64,000 bases of DNA. Origin: Candidatus Latescibacterota bacterium. Lineage in GTDB: Bacteria > Latescibacterota > UBA2968. Position numbers and translations under genes: made by a program. Positions 59,990 through 64,000 of this stretch are shown here, one piece after another. Below the pieces are notes generated by a model. It was not told the DNA's origin and did not search any database. It saw nothing but the letters and a program-made list of their open reading frames with translations. The stretch's first letter is position 1. Each line of letters opens with the position of its first letter. The stretch covers positions 3,200,001 through 3,264,000 of the forward strand of contig OZ240241.1 in assembly GCA_965198115.1 (NCBI GenBank), in the 5' to 3' direction.

Positions 59990-61280
59990 GGGTTTGCCAC
60001 GAAATAAGTGCTGCACTTTTCAAGGTAATGATCTTACGCTCGGAGTGTGGACGTCGAAACTCTCCGAACGAAGTATGAAGCCTTGGCTCCGGTGCTGACG
60101 GAACGCACGCGTCGTCTGTGGGCCGCCACGGAAGCCGAAGCGTTGGGTCACGGTGGGATCGCGATTGTGGCTCTGGCGACAGGAATGTCCAGAGAGCGGA
60201 TCTTTCGTGGCATTCAGGAGTTGAGGTCGGACGAACCTTTGGACCCGGCTCGCATCCGGCGTCCAGGCGGCGGTCGTAAGCGGAAGGCCGACACGGACCC
60301 GACGCTGTGGCAGGACCTGAATGATCTGGTCGAGCCAACGACTGCGGGGTCGCCTGACGACAATCCTCTGAGATGGACATCGAAGAGCACTCGCAAACTG
60401 GCCGCCGAGTTGCAAGCGATGGGGCATTCGGTGAGCCCCAGGATCGTTGCCAATCTCCTGCACGAACACGATTACACGCTGCAGGCGAATCGGAAGACAA
60501 GGGAGGGATCTGCACACCCGGATCGGGACGCTCAGTTCGTTTACCTCGATGATCGGATTAGCCAGCAGCAGCAGCAGGGCCTTCCCGTTATCTCGGTGGA
60601 CACCAAGAAGAAAGAGTTGATCGGCGACTTCAAGAATCCTGGCCGAGAATGGCGACCCAAGGGAGACCCGGAGCGTGTGAAGGTACACGATTTCATAGTG
60701 CCTGCTCAGGGCAAGGCGATCCCTTATGGAGTGTATGATCTGAGCCGTGATGAAGGCTGGGTAAGTGTCGGTATCGATCACGACACGGCCAGCTTCGCCG
60801 TGAATGCGATCCGAAGTTGGTGGAAGAACATGGGACGGCCCGCCTACGGCACTTCGACGCATCTGCTAATCACGGCGGACGCAGGCGGCAGCAACGGCGC
60901 CAAGACGCGGCTGTGGAAGTGGGAGCTGCAGCGCTTTGCGAATCGCACTGGCCTGACGATCACCGTATGCCACTACCCTCCTGGCACTAGTAAGTGGAAC
61001 AAGATCGAACATCGCCTGTTCTCCTTCATCGCTATGAACTGGCAAGGCAAGCCCCTGGTCAGCCTGGCTGCAACCGTGAATCTCATTGCCGGAACGACCA
61101 CTCAAGCCGGTCTCCGAGTACGCTCCGAGATCGACAAGCGACCCTACCCTAACGGGGTCAAGGTGACCGATGAACAGATGACCCAAATCGATCTCACTCC
61201 GCACGATTTCCACGGCGACTGGAACTACACGATCCGGCCAATGGCTCAACATTGAGATCGACCTTATTTATTCCGAACCC
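59990..61280 (+). mobile_element. ISAzo13-family IS copy 3
   Basis: Same ends; flanks TAA and TTA; abuts IS630 copy C. Confidence 0.95.
60047..61255 (+). CDS. ISAzo13 transposase
   Basis: Protein identical to 4327-5535. Confidence 0.95.
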   Translation: MDVETLRTKYEALAPVLTERTRRLWAATEAEALGHGGIAIVALATGMSRERIFRGIQELRSDEPLDPARIRRPGGGRKRKADTDPTLWQDLNDLVEPTTAGSPDDNPLRWTSKSTRKLAAELQAMGHSVSPRIVANLLHEHDYTLQANRKTREGSAHPDRDAQFVYLDDRISQQQQQGLPVISVDTKKKELIGDFKNPGREWRPKGDPERVKVHDFIVPAQGKAIPYGVYDLSRDEGWVSVGIDHDTASFAVNAIRSWWKNMGRPAYGTSTHLLITADAGGSNGAKTRLWKWELQRFANRTGLTITVCHYPPGTSKWNKIEHRLFSFIAMNWQGKPLVSLAATVNLIAGTTTQAGLRVRSEIDKRPYPNGVKVTDEQMTQIDLTPHDFHGDWNYTIRPMAQH

Positions 61281-62295
61281 TTAGTACTCCTGTTCGCAAA
61301 TACGGTGACGTATTCTAAGCAGACTTTGCCAAGGGCGTATCGTAGAACCTGAGTTTGTCGATCATCTCCGCGAGATCTGTTCGTGTGAACTTCCATTTGA
61401 AGGGTGTGGCGATACGTCCGTAGCGTTCCTGAAAACCGAGGATTCTTGCCTCAAGCTCTTCGAGCGATGCAAATTCGATAGGTGTCAGAGCCTTGCGTTT
61501 GAGGATCGAGAAGTAGATCTCGATCTGATTGAGCCAGCTTGCGTGGATCGGAAGGTGAACGGGGTGGATGTTTGGCCACTTCCCCTGGATACGGTCGATG
61601 CATGTTTGCCCTCGGTGCGAGGAGCCATTATCCACGATGAGGTAGACTTTCTTTGCCGAGCAATAGGGTTTCCGGCTCATGATCAGGCTCAGGAGCCGGT
61701 TGAAGGGCTCGATACCCGAAGAAGACTCACAGAGACCGAAGATTCGACCATTGTGCACGTCGAGAGCAGCCAGATAGGCCAGGGCTCCTTTCCGCTCGTA
61801 TTCGTGTTTCAACGCGTGCCGCTCTGTTCGAGGCTGGCGGTAGGGTAACGTGCTTGCGAGCTCGTGCTTGAATACTGGTCTTTTCGTCGGCAGAAAGTAC
61901 ATATTCCCTCGGCCCTAAAGGCTTTCCTTGCCATTGGCGGTGATACAGATCAAGGACTCTACCTGCTTTGGTTTGGAAGTCCGGGTCCCGTGGGAAAATC
62001 CAGGAGCGATGATACCAAGGACGAATCGCGTCCTCGTTCAACCAGCGCCAGACAGTGGCGCCGCTGATCTTGGCAACGAAGCCCCTTTGCACTGCCTCGG
62101 CGGCAATCTCGGAACAGCTGAACCGCGAGAGCGGTATCCCGCTCTCGCTCGGTAGTTCACACGCCAGCGCCTTGATCTGAACGACCACCTGAGGGGGGAA
62201 AACCGGGCGGGCGCCCGGGACGAGATCTATCTTCGAGTCCCGAAAGACGCTCTTCGAAAAAGCGCTTACGCCATTTGCTTACGATCGGACGCGGG

Positions 62296-63682
62296 GGTCA
62301 AGTCCCATAGTCAGTTGAAAACTCATCGGGCCCCGTAGTTTGGTCAGGCTCTCTTTTGAGCATTCTGTTCGTTGTCGAGATTCAGATCTTTGTTCAGTGC
62401 TTGCCTGAGTAGGGGAAGATGTTTGTATCCGCTCACGCGTCGCAGGCGAGGTTCGATGTCGAGGAGTGCGGCAGCCACCCATCTGTGTCTCTGGGGAGAG
62501 TTGTTCCAGCGTCTGACCTTCCGAGTGAGCTCGCCGGTCCTGCTGTTGAGGGCTTCGATGCAGTTGGTGGTTCGGAAGCTTCGTTTCAGGAATGGGAGCA
62601 TACCCAGCCGGTGGAGGGTCAGGGTTTCCTCCAGGCCTTCCTCGAGGCTCGTTACGGCAGACTGATTCATCAGCTTCAGTTCGGGTTTAAGTGATTCGAG
62701 TGCGGCCTTTGCCTCCTCGTAGGTGTCGCAGTCATAGGCTTTCTGGAGCTTCCGTCGAACTCTTGGACGTTCCCTCTCCGGGAGATAGCTGACGACATTC
62801 TCGCGCTTGTGCCACTGACAGCGATGAACGCGCACATACCCTTTGAGGGCTTTGGTGACAGCACTGCGGAGTCCCTTTGAGCCGTCAAGCACAACGAGAA
62901 GGCCCTGGTCGTAGCACAGGCCTCTCCGGATGAGGTCCTGGATCAGCTGGCGGCAGATCCGTTCGTTCTCCGTCGCCGATTCGACGAAGCCCAGGGGGAT
63001 CTTCTGGCCGTCCATCGTGACCCCCGGAGCGATCACGATCTCTTCGTCGGCAAAGCTCTTTCCGTCAATGAACAGGGTCACGAAGCCGTAGTCGTCGAGG
63101 GGACGCTCCTGGAACTGCTTCAGCTTCTTCGCGGTGGCTTTGATGAACCGCCGCGAGACGGAGGACGCTGAGATACCAAACGCTTCTGGAACCGATTCGG
63201 CACAGGCCTTGTAGTTGCGGCACGAGATCCCCTTGAGAACACGAAGCAACAGCCCCTCGTCCGTCTTCTTGGGCGTCTGTAGAGCCCGGTATGCAGCCAG
63301 GGAAACCTCTGCGTCGGCCTCGACGTCGCGCACCCGGGGAACGTCTAACGGGAGCTTCTGGCCATCAGATACACGGATCCCTTCTGGCTTCCCCACCGAC
63401 GATGCGCCTGCTCCGAACCTTTGCGCGCATACCGAACGCCTGCGAGCTGCTCGACCTCCTGCTGGAGGAGGTCTGCCACTGCCTCCAGACCCAACGGGAT
63501 CAACGCCTGGATCACCGACAAACGCGTCTCCAAATCGATGACATCGCCCTCAACCTTGACTTCACCATCGCCTACAAATAGCTTCTCCATCTGGGCTCCT
63601 TTCTTACGGGTATACGCTCCTACACGTCTACCCAACGTAAGTTTGGAGCCCTCTAAGTTTCAACTACGATAGGCACAACACC
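62296..63682 (-). mobile_element. IS256-family IS, full length (1387 bp)
   Basis: Same ends as 11063-12011; 8-bp TSD GACGCGGG. Confidence 0.95.
62344..63590 (-). CDS. IS256 transposase, 1-nt deletion near 63361
   Basis: FIDG, LDGSKG, RCQWHK, RTTNCIE; copy 1 has GGTCCATC where this copy has GGCCATC. Confidence 0.8.
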
Positions 63683-64000
63683 GACGCGGGACATCCAACC
63701 GTTGGGCGATAATCTTGTTGGATAATCCCTCGGCGGCGAGAAGCACGATTTTCGATCGGATCACTTGATAATACGGTAACGTATATTGTCCAGCCATTCG
63801 CTCGACGAGGTCGACCCGTTCCTTCTCAGACAGTAGCACCACATAAGGCGAACGTCTTGGCATTGTTCTCCTCCTTTTGAAGGAGAACATAAGCTACAAA
63901 TAATGTTCAGAACATACGTAATAATATTTATGAACCCATGCACTAAGCCTCGTCCTATCCCCAAAACCTCAGTGATCTCAGTGCCTGCCTGCCGGAGGAG

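Larger units (their letters stand above)
61284..63943 (-). mobile_element. IS630-like IS copy C, interrupted by IS256
   Basis: Both ends present; IS256 inserted in the HTH ORF. Confidence 0.9.

Overview
A GC-rich bacterial window. PhyH, Gfo/Idh/MocA and metallophosphoesterase genes plus paired EF-hand/dockerin-like domains suggest a Latescibacterota-like genome (inference). It holds about 50 mostly catabolic, redox, stress and signalling genes and a heavy IS load: 3 ISAzo13, 3 IS630-like, 2 ISL3 and 2 IS256, two of them nested in other IS, plus a MITE-like element and REP-like repeats. Main points: (1) two selenoprotein genes split by the ORF caller at in-frame UGA codons, each followed by a SECIS-like hairpin: a secreted UxxC redoxin with Ig-like and dockerin-like domains, and a Sec-BCP peroxiredoxin. 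(2) A stand-alone borosin-type peptide alpha-N-methyltransferase homolog on a segment bounded by a diverged duplication of a host gene's 3' end. (3) A decayed GNAT / S8 peptidase-DUF1611-like / ACP / BtrH-like operon. (4) ISAzo13, IS630-like and MITE elements share a self-regenerating CTWAG target. (5) The IS630 transposase needs two +1 frame changes in all three copies. Several single-base frameshifts may be assembly errors. All family assignments come from motif recognition, not database searches.
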